From contig CP060262.1 in the NCBI GenBank assembly GCA_022646745.1, positions 1,380,001 to 1,412,000 on the forward strand: a stretch of 32,000 nt of DNA, read 5' to 3'. Positions 7,382-14,974 of the stretch are shown in pieces (the stretch's first letter is position 1; every line of letters starts with the position of its first letter). This stretch comes from Planctomycetales bacterium (lineage in GTDB: Bacteria; 4484-113; JAFGCY01). The notes beneath the pieces were generated by a model. That model did no database searches. It was not told the origin of the DNA and saw only the letters and a program-made list of their open reading frames with translations. The translations under genes and the position numbers were made by a program.

Positions 7382-8132
7382 CGCGCCGGAAGAGGATGCC
7401 CGCCAGCGGTGCCTCCGCCGATGCCAGCAGCGCATGGGCCGCGGCGAGGTCGGCCGGGTCATGCCCGCTGTCGTCAATGCGGCTGATGCTGCGGCGCAGT
7501 TCCTTGTAGATCCCCATCCCGCCGCGGAACACCGGGCAGGGGCTGAGGATGTTCACGAAGCTGAAGCCGGGGTACTCGATCGCCTGCTGCATCAGCTGCT
7601 GCATTGCGGGCTGGTCCGCGGCGTAGGCCTGGGCCACGAAGCCACAGCCGAGGCTGAGCATCAGCGAGAGCGGGTCCACGCTGGCATCGCCCACCGGCTG
7701 GGCGGCGGTGCGCATCTGCGTGCCCGGCGGGGTGGTGGGCGACTGCTGGCCCTTGGTCAGGCCATAGACCCCGTTGTCCATCACGAACAAGGTGATCGCC
7801 GGGTTGCGGCGCACGGTGTGCACGAGGTGCGTGGCGCCGATGCTGAAGATGTCGCCATCGCCGGCGGTGACAATCACCGTCAGTTCCGGCCGGGCCAGCT
7901 TCAGGCCGCTGGCAATCGGCAGGGCGCGGCCGTGGATGCTGTTGAAGCCGTGCGACTCCATGTATCCCGGCAGGCGTGAGGAGCAGCCGATGCCGCTGAC
8001 AAGCGCCACATTGCGCGGCTCGCGGCCCATCCCTTCCAGCGCGGCACAGAGGCCGTCCAGTACATGGAAGTCACCGCAGCCGTCGCACCAGACGGGCTCG
8101 GTCGCGTTGCGGAACAATGGGGTGCTGCTCAT
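7371..8132 (-). CDS. korB: 2-oxoacid:ferredoxin (acceptor) oxidoreductase, beta subunit (TPP-binding)
   Basis: N-terminal WCDGCGDFHVL and GIGCSSR. TPP motif VTAGDGDIFSIGATHLVHTVRRNPAITLFVMDNGVYGLTKGQ. 4-nt overlap with the alpha subunit gene. Confidence 0.88.
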   Translation of the reverse strand: MSSTPLFRNATEPVWCDGCGDFHVLDGLCAALEGMGREPRNVALVSGIGCSSRLPGYMESHGFNSIHGRALPIASGLKLARPELTVIVTAGDGDIFSIGATHLVHTVRRNPAITLFVMDNGVYGLTKGQQSPTTPPGTQMRTAAQPVGDASVDPLSLMLSLGCGFVAQAYAADQPAMQQLMQQAIEYPGFSFVNILSPCPVFRGGMGIYKELRRSISRIDDSGHDPADLAAAHALLASAEAPLAGILFRRDLP

Positions 8133-9853
8133 GGCTGCAGCTCCGGGGGGCCAGCTGGCAGCAGTCCGTGCCTGACGAGGAAGTCCTCAACTTCCGCCAG
8201 GCGCCATGGCCGGCCGCCGCTGCGCCGCAGTGACATTGTCAATTCCGGCAGCTGCAGGCGGCTCCTGAGGTAGTCATGCAGTTGGCCGCTGTAGTTCATC
8301 TCGACGATGACAACATGCCTGTATCCGCGCAGCCAGTCACGCAGTTCAGCCTGGTCCAGCGGGGAAAGCATGCGGATGCACATCATCCCGGCAGTGACTC
8401 CACGTGAGCCCGCCAGTTCGATGGCCTCGCGGCAGATGCTGTAGCTGCTACCGAAGCACAACAGTCCCAGCTCCCCCTCTGCGGCCCCTTCGTACAGCGC
8501 TGGAACCCTGCTGAGAGCCCGATTGACACGGGCGTTCCGCAATAGCGAGTTGGCCTGATGCGAGGCTGCATCACTGAGCGGCCTGCCGGAGTCGTCATGT
8601 TCCAGCCCGGTGAGCTGCACCTGCCTGTCCGCGCCGATTGCCGTGTCCGGCCAGCCGGGGACGCTGCCATTCGGTTCCGGGACCAGGTCCCGTGGCACTG
8701 TTGCCAGTCCCTGGGCGATCTGCTGCTCAGACAGCAGGATCACCGGGGCGCTGGCTTCACCGGCCAGCTCGAAGGCCTGCGTTGCCAGGTCGGCACAGTC
8801 CGCCTGGTGCGCGGCCGCCAGCACGATGCGCGGGCTGTCCCCATGCGCGCCATACAGCGCGAGGTTGAGGTCCGCCTGTTCGGTGCGGGTCGGGATGCCG
8901 GTGCTCGGGCCGCAGCGTTGCACGTCGACAACCACCATCGGCAGGCCGGCCATCCCGCTGAGTGCGATGCTTTCACTTTTGAGCGTCATGCCGGGACCGC
9001 TGGTGGCACTCATGCTGCGCACACCGCCCAGTGCCGCTCCGATCGTCAGGCAGGCCGCGGCGATTTCATCCTCGGCCTGTATGCAGGTCCCGCCGAGTTG
9101 CGGCAGCCGGCGTGTCATGTATTCAAGGATCTCGCTGGCCGGGGTGATCGGGTAGCCGGCCATGAAGCGGCAGCCGCTGGCAATTGCTGCGCGTGAGAGC
9201 AGCTCGTTGCCACTGGCCAGCTCCAGGTCCGCATTTCCATTGGAAGTTGGCAATGCTGGTATTCCGCTGCCCTGCCAGCTGGCCACGGCATCGCGCCCGG
9301 CGGCCACGGCGGCGAGGTTATTCTCCCGGCTGCGTTCGTCGTAGCGCTGCATGCGCCGCTCGAGGATCGCCCTGAGCTGCTGCGGGTACCAGTCCAGCAG
9401 GCCGCTGGCCGCGCCGAGCAGCACCATGTTGCGCGCCTGCTTGCTGCGGCCGTGGTCCAGTGCGAGTTGCTTCAGCGGCAGGCTCAGGAGCGGGCCACGA
9501 TGGCCAATGGGCAGGCCACAGGCCTGAGGGTCGCCATCGTCCTCGGAAGAGCAGATCACCAGCGCATCGGGCGCGATGCTCAGCACATCGTGGAAGCGCG
9601 CGAGGTCCGACCACTGCAGCACCAGCAGCACATCCAGCTCATCCGCACTGCGCAGCACCTGCGACTGGCTGATGCGCAGGCTGACGCTGCTTTCCCCGCC
9701 TCGGATCTGCGGGCCGAACACCTTATCCATGTAGCAGTGCAGGCCGGCCAGCACCGCCGAGCGCGCCAGCAGTTCACCGAGCAGCACCACACCGTCGCCG
9801 CCGCTGCCGACGACACCGATGCTCAGCTGGGATGGACTGCCTGAGGGGGACAC
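8129..9853 (-). CDS. korA: 2-oxoacid:ferredoxin (acceptor) oxidoreductase, fused gamma-alpha subunit
   Basis: Gamma-like N-terminus GSGGDGVVLLGELLARSAVLAGLHCYMDKVFGPQIRGGES, followed by an alpha-type GNELLSRAAIASGCRFMAGYPITPASEILEY. GTG start preceded by TACAAT (rc of 9860..9865) with a 6-nt spacer. Confidence 0.88.
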   Translation of the reverse strand: MSPSGSPSQLSIGVVGSGGDGVVLLGELLARSAVLAGLHCYMDKVFGPQIRGGESSVSLRISQSQVLRSADELDVLLVLQWSDLARFHDVLSIAPDALVICSSEDDGDPQACGLPIGHRGPLLSLPLKQLALDHGRSKQARNMVLLGAASGLLDWYPQQLRAILERRMQRYDERSRENNLAAVAAGRDAVASWQGSGIPALPTSNGNADLELASGNELLSRAAIASGCRFMAGYPITPASEILEYMTRRLPQLGGTCIQAEDEIAAACLTIGAALGGVRSMSATSGPGMTLKSESIALSGMAGLPMVVVDVQRCGPSTGIPTRTEQADLNLALYGAHGDSPRIVLAAAHQADCADLATQAFELAGEASAPVILLSEQQIAQGLATVPRDLVPEPNGSVPGWPDTAIGADRQVQLTGLEHDDSGRPLSDAASHQANSLLRNARVNRALSRVPALYEGAAEGELGLLCFGSSYSICREAIELAGSRGVTAGMMCIRMLSPLDQAELRDWLRGYRHVVIVEMNYSGQLHDYLRSRLQLPELTMSLRRSGGRPWRLAEVEDFLVRHGLLPAGPPELQP

Positions 9854-9885
9854 GGGGCTATTGTAACGGGCAGCTGGCGCTAGAC

Positions 9886-10491
9886 CTACGCCGTGCCAAA
9901 GCCCAGCACGGCCGCATGGATGCGTGTATCGCGGCTCAGTTCCGGATGGAAGGTGATCGCGAGGATGTTCCCCTGGCGCACGGCGATGATCTCACCCTCG
10001 TAGCGTGCCACGACATGTGTGTCCGGGCCGGGTCCGAGGATGCGCGGGGCACGGATGAACCATGCCGGCAGCATGGGCTTCGGGTCATCCACACCGAGCA
10101 GCGCCCAGTCGATCTCGACTACGGTTTCGAAGCTGTCCACCTGCCGGCCATAGCTGTTGCGGTCCACCGTGGCATCCAGCAGGCCGAGCGGGTCCACCTT
10201 GCGGCTGCCAGTGTCGCCCTGCAGTTCGCGGGCCAGCAGGATCGTGCCGGCGCAGGTGGCAAGCGTAGGCAGGCCGGCGGCGATTGCGTCATGCAATGGC
10301 GCGCGCAGGCCGGTGCTGTCCAGCAAGAGCGACATCGTGGTGGACTCCCCGCCGGGCAGCACGACCATCGCGAGGCCCGTGAGGTCCTCCGCACTGCGCA
10401 CATAGCGCACGCGCAGGCCAAGCCGCTTGAGGGACTTGCGGTGCTTCTCGTAATCGCCCTGCAGGGCGAGGATGCCGGCGAGGGGCTTCAT
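9886..10491 (-). CDS. pdxT: pyridoxal 5'-phosphate synthase glutaminase subunit PdxT
   Basis: MKPLAGILALQGDYEKH, LPGGESTT, catalytic ATCAGTILLA and TFHPELS. The ORF track extends it to 10932, but that N-terminal extension is Arg/His-rich junk overlapping the divergent gene. The ATG at 10491 has TAGAAT plus an 8-nt spacer upstream. An alternative ATG lies at 10509. Confidence 0.9.
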   Translation of the reverse strand: MKPLAGILALQGDYEKHRKSLKRLGLRVRYVRSAEDLTGLAMVVLPGGESTTMSLLLDSTGLRAPLHDAIAAGLPTLATCAGTILLARELQGDTGSRKVDPLGLLDATVDRNSYGRQVDSFETVVEIDWALLGVDDPKPMLPAWFIRAPRILGPGPDTHVVARYEGEIIAVRQGNILAITFHPELSRDTRIHAAVLGFGTA

Positions 10492-10536
10492 CGGCGCAGA
10501 TTCTAGCATCTTTGAATCACGGTAAAATGAAACGGC
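10492..10536. promoter_or_regulatory. 45-bp divergent intergenic region carrying two back-to-back candidate leaderless promoters
   Basis: Minus strand: TAGAAT (rc of 10500..10505), then ctgcgccg, then ATG at 10491. Plus strand: TAAAAT (10523..10528), then gaaacggc, then ATG at 10537. No Shine-Dalgarno on either side. Confidence 0.5.
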
Positions 10537-11760
10537 ATGTTCCTCGTTCTTTTCATACTGGGGTGGATTCTGGTACACGGGGCAACCAAGGGGCGCTACA
10601 TCCTCAGTTCCCCGCGCAACGTGAAGCAGGAAGTAGCCGGCATCGTGCTGGCGATTTCCATGCTGTGCGGCATGGTCGGCATGTTCGCCGGGGGGGACAT
10701 CTCCTTCCAGGGAGCCGGCATCCTCGCGGCGATCACATGGTTTGGCATCCTCTTGATGCGTACCTCGCTCGTGGACCATGCGGCCCAGCGCAAGGATGAG
10801 GAGAACCTGCAGGCGCAGCTGGAAACCCGGCGCAAGGCCCGGGCGGAGCGCAAGGCCGCCGAGAAGGTGGCCAGTGCCGTCAAGCAGATCCCAGAGCCGC
10901 GCAGCAAAGACGGCCGCATGACCAAGCCACATTCAAGCACGAGCGCGGACTCCGGCATGATGCAGACGCCACCCCCGCCTCCGCCCAAGGTGACAACAGT
11001 GGACCGCAGCTGGGACGGCAGCTTCCGCGTGGCGGACAGCCGCCAGCAGGAGCTGCAGCAGCGCTTCAATTCCGGCGACCCGCTCAGCCCCCGCCAGGAT
11101 GAAGTGATTGCCAATGTGCTGCATGTCGGGCAGCCGGAGCCGGAGGGTGGCTACCACAGCGATGCGGATGAGGTGATGCAGATCGCGCGTGACACGATCG
11201 GCAGCATGTCTAAGGCAAAGCCCACAGTGCAGCCATCGCGGGAAGCGGTGCAGCCCGTGCCTGAAGAGGATCCAGTGCCCGAGGTTGTGGAATCCGCTCC
11301 GGCGCCCGAGCCGGAGTTCGTGCCGCAACAGGGCTGGTCAGCGCCGAAGATCGAGCACACCCGTTATAAACTTGACAACGCCGGTGACAAGCCGGTTTCC
11401 ATCTTCGGCTCAGGCAGCAGCAGTTCCGCCGGGGGCGGGCAGAGCCTGTTCGCTGGCGGGGAGCAGCGTCCGCAGCGGGCCAGGGCCGCGCCGGAGGTTG
11501 ACAAACTGCTGGCGCAGAACAGGCTTGGCAACGATGAGGAACTGACCCGCCCGCAGGCTGTGCTGGCCGGCACGGATACGCCCGGCGCGATTGAGTCCAG
11601 TGCGCCGCAGCCGCCGGATGATGGCAACATCGTGGAGGCGGAAGCCCTGCTGCCGGACAGCGAGCTGACGCAGCCGAAGAATGTGCTGGAGGAAGCGGAG
11701 AAGGGTCAGGGTCCGGGCTTCCACTACAAGCCGACCGAAGGCATCAAGAGCCGGTTCTGA
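10537..11760 (+). CDS. membrane-anchored protein with a long charged, Pro-rich, probably disordered tail; function unknown
   Basis: The N-terminal 90 aa carry 3 hydrophobic segments. A Lys/Arg/Glu-rich stretch follows (RKDEENLQAQLETRRKARAERKAAEK), then PPPPPPK and a low-complexity P/E/Q/S-rich sequence. Codon usage matches its neighbours. Confidence 0.6.
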   Translation: MFLVLFILGWILVHGATKGRYILSSPRNVKQEVAGIVLAISMLCGMVGMFAGGDISFQGAGILAAITWFGILLMRTSLVDHAAQRKDEENLQAQLETRRKARAERKAAEKVASAVKQIPEPRSKDGRMTKPHSSTSADSGMMQTPPPPPPKVTTVDRSWDGSFRVADSRQQELQQRFNSGDPLSPRQDEVIANVLHVGQPEPEGGYHSDADEVMQIARDTIGSMSKAKPTVQPSREAVQPVPEEDPVPEVVESAPAPEPEFVPQQGWSAPKIEHTRYKLDNAGDKPVSIFGSGSSSSAGGGQSLFAGGEQRPQRARAAPEVDKLLAQNRLGNDEELTRPQAVLAGTDTPGAIESSAPQPPDDGNIVEAEALLPDSELTQPKNVLEEAEKGQGPGFHYKPTEGIKSRF

Positions 11761-11906
11761 ATGGATCTGCCGTCTCGCCCAAGTGCTCGACGGTCTGGCG
11801 CTGCGGCTGCGCATTCGCGCATCCGGGTCGCGCTGTAAAACCAACCAAGGCCTCGATGGCTCCAGGGAAGTGAATCAGTTGGGGCTGTAACTTCTAGTGA
11901 GTGGCT

Positions 11907-13340
11907 TTACCACTTCCAGCCGAGGCCGAGCGTGGGCACTGCCTCGTCCGCCAGGTCGTCCACGCCGATCACCACATCCACGCTGTCGCCGATCGGGATA
12001 TGGCCGTAGGTGTTGAACTTCGGGTCGTTCAGGTCGTAGAGCGTGGCCTCCAGCCCGATCCCGGCCGGGTCCCACCAGCTGGCACCGACGCCCAGCTCAC
12101 TGCGGTGGATGCCGGCGCGGAAGCTGAAGCCGCGCAGGTCACCGATGCCGAGCATCAGGTTCAGGTCGTCACCCTCGCCGATGTTGTCAATCCCGACCTG
12201 CACGTAGTTGCTCTCGTTGCCGACGGCGAAGTTGATGTCGCCGACGTACACATCGTCGCCATTCAGCCTGTCATCAGTGTTGAGGTCCACGCCGCGCACG
12301 TCCACGCTGCCGCGGGTCTGGATCCCCTCGCCGATCCCGCCCAGGCCCTTGACCGTGCCGCTGACGTCCTCGATCGCCCAGGTGGCGGTGTTCACCATCC
12401 CGTCCGCGCTCTCGAGCACTTCATTGAGCCGCTCGAGCGTCTCCTGCGCGCCGGCCATCGTGTTCTTCGTCTCCTGCAGCACCTCCGGCATCAGGCGCAC
12501 GCTGTCCTTCAGGTCGGCCTGCACCATCGGGTCGCTCAGCAGGGTGTTGATCTCATTGCTCATGCTGTCGATGTTCTTCGTGGTGGACTCGATGTTCGCC
12601 ATGATCAGCGAGAGCTGTTCCTTGTTCTTCGGGTCGGTGGACAGGTCGCGCACCGCCACGCTGGCCTCCTGCAGGTTCTGGCTGAGCAGCAGGAAGTTGT
12701 CGCTCATCGCCTCGACGTTGGCCATCGACTCCTTGATGTAGCCCTGGTTCTCCATGATGATGCCGTCCACGTTCTCCATGATCCCGTTCACGCGGTCAAG
12801 GCTGTCGGTGATGCCGTCGGCGATCTGGGTCATGCTGTCACGCAGGCTCTGGTCGCTGAGCAGTTCATCGAGTGTTTCCAGCACGTTGTTGGCGCTGGCG
12901 ATCAGCGAGGCCAGGCCGGTGGCGCTGCTGCCTTCGAACACATGGTCCTCGGTCGCCCAGATCGGCTGTTCCGGCAGCTCGTTTGGATATACGAAGGAGA
13001 GGTAGCGCTCACCCAGCAGGCCCTCCTCGCGGATCTCGACCCGGGCGCGTTCGTAGATGCGGATGTCCTCGTCGATGCGCAATGTGGCCACCACATCCTG
13101 GTTCTCATTGGAGAACTGGGTCTCGGCCAGGTAGCCTACATCACTGCCCTTCAGGCGGATCGGCATGCCCTTTGACAGGCCAACGGCCTCACCGGTGAAA
13201 TGGACCTTGACCAGGTAGCCCGTGGCGCCGAAGATGCTCGCAATCCCGCCGCCGCGCACAGTGGCGATCGCCGCCATCACCAGCAGCGCACCGGCAATGG
13301 TGAAGATGCCCACCTTTAGCGCGTTGGAGCCTGTGCCCAT
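11907..13340 (-). CDS. mlaD: MlaD/MCE-domain protein with a long helical region and a beta-rich C-terminal extension
   Basis: N-terminal TM ALKVGIFTIAGALLVMAAIA followed by an MCE-like fold (YLVKVHFTGEAVGLSKGMPIRLKGSDVGYL). Last gene after the mlaE and mlaF homologs. 477 aa is much longer than a minimal MlaD. Ends ...TLGLGWKW. Confidence 0.8.
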   Translation of the reverse strand: MGTGSNALKVGIFTIAGALLVMAAIATVRGGGIASIFGATGYLVKVHFTGEAVGLSKGMPIRLKGSDVGYLAETQFSNENQDVVATLRIDEDIRIYERARVEIREEGLLGERYLSFVYPNELPEQPIWATEDHVFEGSSATGLASLIASANNVLETLDELLSDQSLRDSMTQIADGITDSLDRVNGIMENVDGIIMENQGYIKESMANVEAMSDNFLLLSQNLQEASVAVRDLSTDPKNKEQLSLIMANIESTTKNIDSMSNEINTLLSDPMVQADLKDSVRLMPEVLQETKNTMAGAQETLERLNEVLESADGMVNTATWAIEDVSGTVKGLGGIGEGIQTRGSVDVRGVDLNTDDRLNGDDVYVGDINFAVGNESNYVQVGIDNIGEGDDLNLMLGIGDLRGFSFRAGIHRSELGVGASWWDPAGIGLEATLYDLNDPKFNTYGHIPIGDSVDVVIGVDDLADEAVPTLGLGWKW

Positions 13341-13361
13341 CTACGTTCCGCCTTCCTTCCT

Positions 13362-14147
13362 CTAACGGGCCTCCGGCCCTTCATCCTTCCTTTCTATCTC
13401 CGCGGAGTACTCAATGATATGCCGCCGCCAGCTGGAAGCGAAGCCGATCACCTCGCTGGACTGGCTGCGCAGCAGCTCACTGGGATGCCCCACGACAGTG
13501 GCGCTGCCATCCGCGATCAGCACCACATGGTCAGCGATATCGTACACGGTGGGCAGGTCATGGCTGACCATAATCCCGGTCACCGAGTATTTTTCGTTCA
13601 TTTCAGCGATCAGTTCGACCACCACCTCCGTCATGTATGGGTCCAGTCCGGTGGTGGGCTCGTCGTACAGGAGGATCGTCGGATGGTAGATCAGGCTGCG
13701 GGCCAGTGCCACGCGCCGCCGCATGCCGCCGGACAGTTCAGACGGCAGCTTGTCGGCGCTGTCCGCCAGGCCGAGGTCGGCCAGCAGCTCCATCACCTCC
13801 GCCAGCACCTGCTTCCATGGCTTCTTTTCCACATAGGTGGGATAGAAGCCGACGTTCTCCGCCACGCTCAGGCCGTCGAACAGCGCATTATGCTGGAACA
13901 CCATGCCCATCTTGCGCCGGGCGCGCTGCAGGCGGCGCTCGCTCATCTGGGTGACATCCTCGCCGTCCACGATCACCCGTCCGCTGTCCGGCTTGATCAG
14001 GCCCATGATCAGGCGCAGGATGGTGGACTTGCCGCTGCCGCTCGGACCGAGCACGGCCGTCATCTGCTGGGGCGGCACGTTGAAACTGACATTGCGCAGC
14101 ACCTGGACGCCGTCGAAACTGAGGTTGATGTTCTCGAAGTTGATCAT
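13362..14147 (-). CDS. mlaF: ABC transporter ATP-binding protein, MlaF-like
   Basis: Walker A GPSGSGKST, signature LSGGMRRRVALA and Walker B ILLYDEPTTGLD. The start overlaps the mlaE stop by one base (both genes include position 14147). Confidence 0.92.
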   Translation of the reverse strand: MINFENINLSFDGVQVLRNVSFNVPPQQMTAVLGPSGSGKSTILRLIMGLIKPDSGRVIVDGEDVTQMSERRLQRARRKMGMVFQHNALFDGLSVAENVGFYPTYVEKKPWKQVLAEVMELLADLGLADSADKLPSELSGGMRRRVALARSLIYHPTILLYDEPTTGLDPYMTEVVVELIAEMNEKYSVTGIMVSHDLPTVYDIADHVVLIADGSATVVGHPSELLRSQSSEVIGFASSWRRHIIEYSAEIERKDEGPEAR

Positions 14148-14893
14148 CAGCCCATCACCATCGTTATCAGCAGGTCAAGAAGGAAGATCAGGACGATGTT
14201 CAGCACGACGCCGTTGGTGACGGACTTGCCCACGCCGGCGGCCCCGCCCTTGGCCACGAAGCCGCTGTGGCAGGCCACGAGCACGATGGTGGCGCCGAAG
14301 ATCATGCACTTCACGAAGCACATGCGGAAGTCATGCATGCTCACGAGGCTTTCCACCCCGGAGGCGTACTGCGTGTAGCGCAGGCCGATCTGGTTGTGCG
14401 CCATCGCATAGCCGGCGTACCAGGAGCCATAGCCTGAGAACACGGCCACGATCGGGGTCATCAGGATACCGGCCAGCACACGCGGCACTGTCAGGTACCA
14501 GTCCGGGTCGGTGGACAGGGCGCGCAGCGCATCAAGCTGCTCGCTGATCTTCATGGTGCCGATCTCACTCGTGATCGAAGCGCCGATCTTGCCTGCCAGC
14601 ACGATGCCCGCGAACACCGGGATCAGCTCCTGCAGGAACACCAGCAGCTGCAGGCCGCCCACCAGGCTGGCAGCACCGCGCTTGGCGAGCTGGTCGGACA
14701 GCACGAAGGTGAACACGGCCCCGGCGAAGGACAGCACGATGGTGGCGATCGGGATCGAGTTGACGCCCAGCGAGACCATCTGCTCCAGCAGCAGGCGCGG
14801 GTTGACGCCGCCGCGCAGCATCATCCGCAGCACTCGCAGGCTGAGGATGGTGATGCCGCCGACGGTCTCCAGCGCCCTTGTGATCACTCGCAC
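14147..14893 (-). CDS. mlaE: ABC transporter permease, MlaE family
   Basis: 248-aa polytopic protein with an MlaE-like core (IGASITSEIGTMKISEQLDALRALSTDP). The GTG at 14887 has better spacing from the GGAAAGG Shine-Dalgarno than the GTG at 14893. Confidence 0.88.
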   Translation of the reverse strand: MRVITRALETVGGITILSLRVLRMMLRGGVNPRLLLEQMVSLGVNSIPIATIVLSFAGAVFTFVLSDQLAKRGAASLVGGLQLLVFLQELIPVFAGIVLAGKIGASITSEIGTMKISEQLDALRALSTDPDWYLTVPRVLAGILMTPIVAVFSGYGSWYAGYAMAHNQIGLRYTQYASGVESLVSMHDFRMCFVKCMIFGATIVLVACHSGFVAKGGAAGVGKSVTNGVVLNIVLIFLLDLLITMVMG

Positions 14894-14912
14894 CTTTCCA
14901 CTTCCTTCCGAT

Positions 14913-14927
14913 CCTATTATGGCAGGT
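14913..14927 (-). promoter_or_regulatory. second copy of the conserved 15-mer with an extended -10 (TGcCATAAT), upstream of mlaE
   Basis: The plus strand reads cctattatggcaggt, identical to 7367..7381. It lies about 20-25 nt upstream of the mlaE start, with a GGAAGGAAGTGGAAAGG Shine-Dalgarno-rich leader between them. Confidence 0.45.
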
Positions 14928-14974
14928 GCGCGGAATGGAGACGGGCGGAGCGCATGGCCCCGCCCCGCATTGTC

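Noticed and set aside
10492-10932. N-terminal extension of about 147 aa on the pdxT ORF
   Set aside because: The extension has no PdxT similarity, is Arg/His/Gly-rich and overlaps the divergent gene starting at 10537. The conserved PdxT N-terminus (MKPLAGILALQGD) starts at 10491, with a -10 box upstream.
11901-13175. 424-aa + strand ORF, and similar long ORFs at 13419..14378, 14511..15533, 21627..22799, 1380..2360, 5967..6635, 7299..7979, 9832..10506, 30311..31225 and 31009..31746
   Set aside because: Each overlaps, on the opposite strand or in another frame, a gene with recognisable family motifs (mlaD, mlaF, mlaE, rho, the ECF sigma, korB, pdxT, dnaG and others). All have the Arg/Ala/His/Gly-rich composition of non-coding frames in GC-rich DNA.
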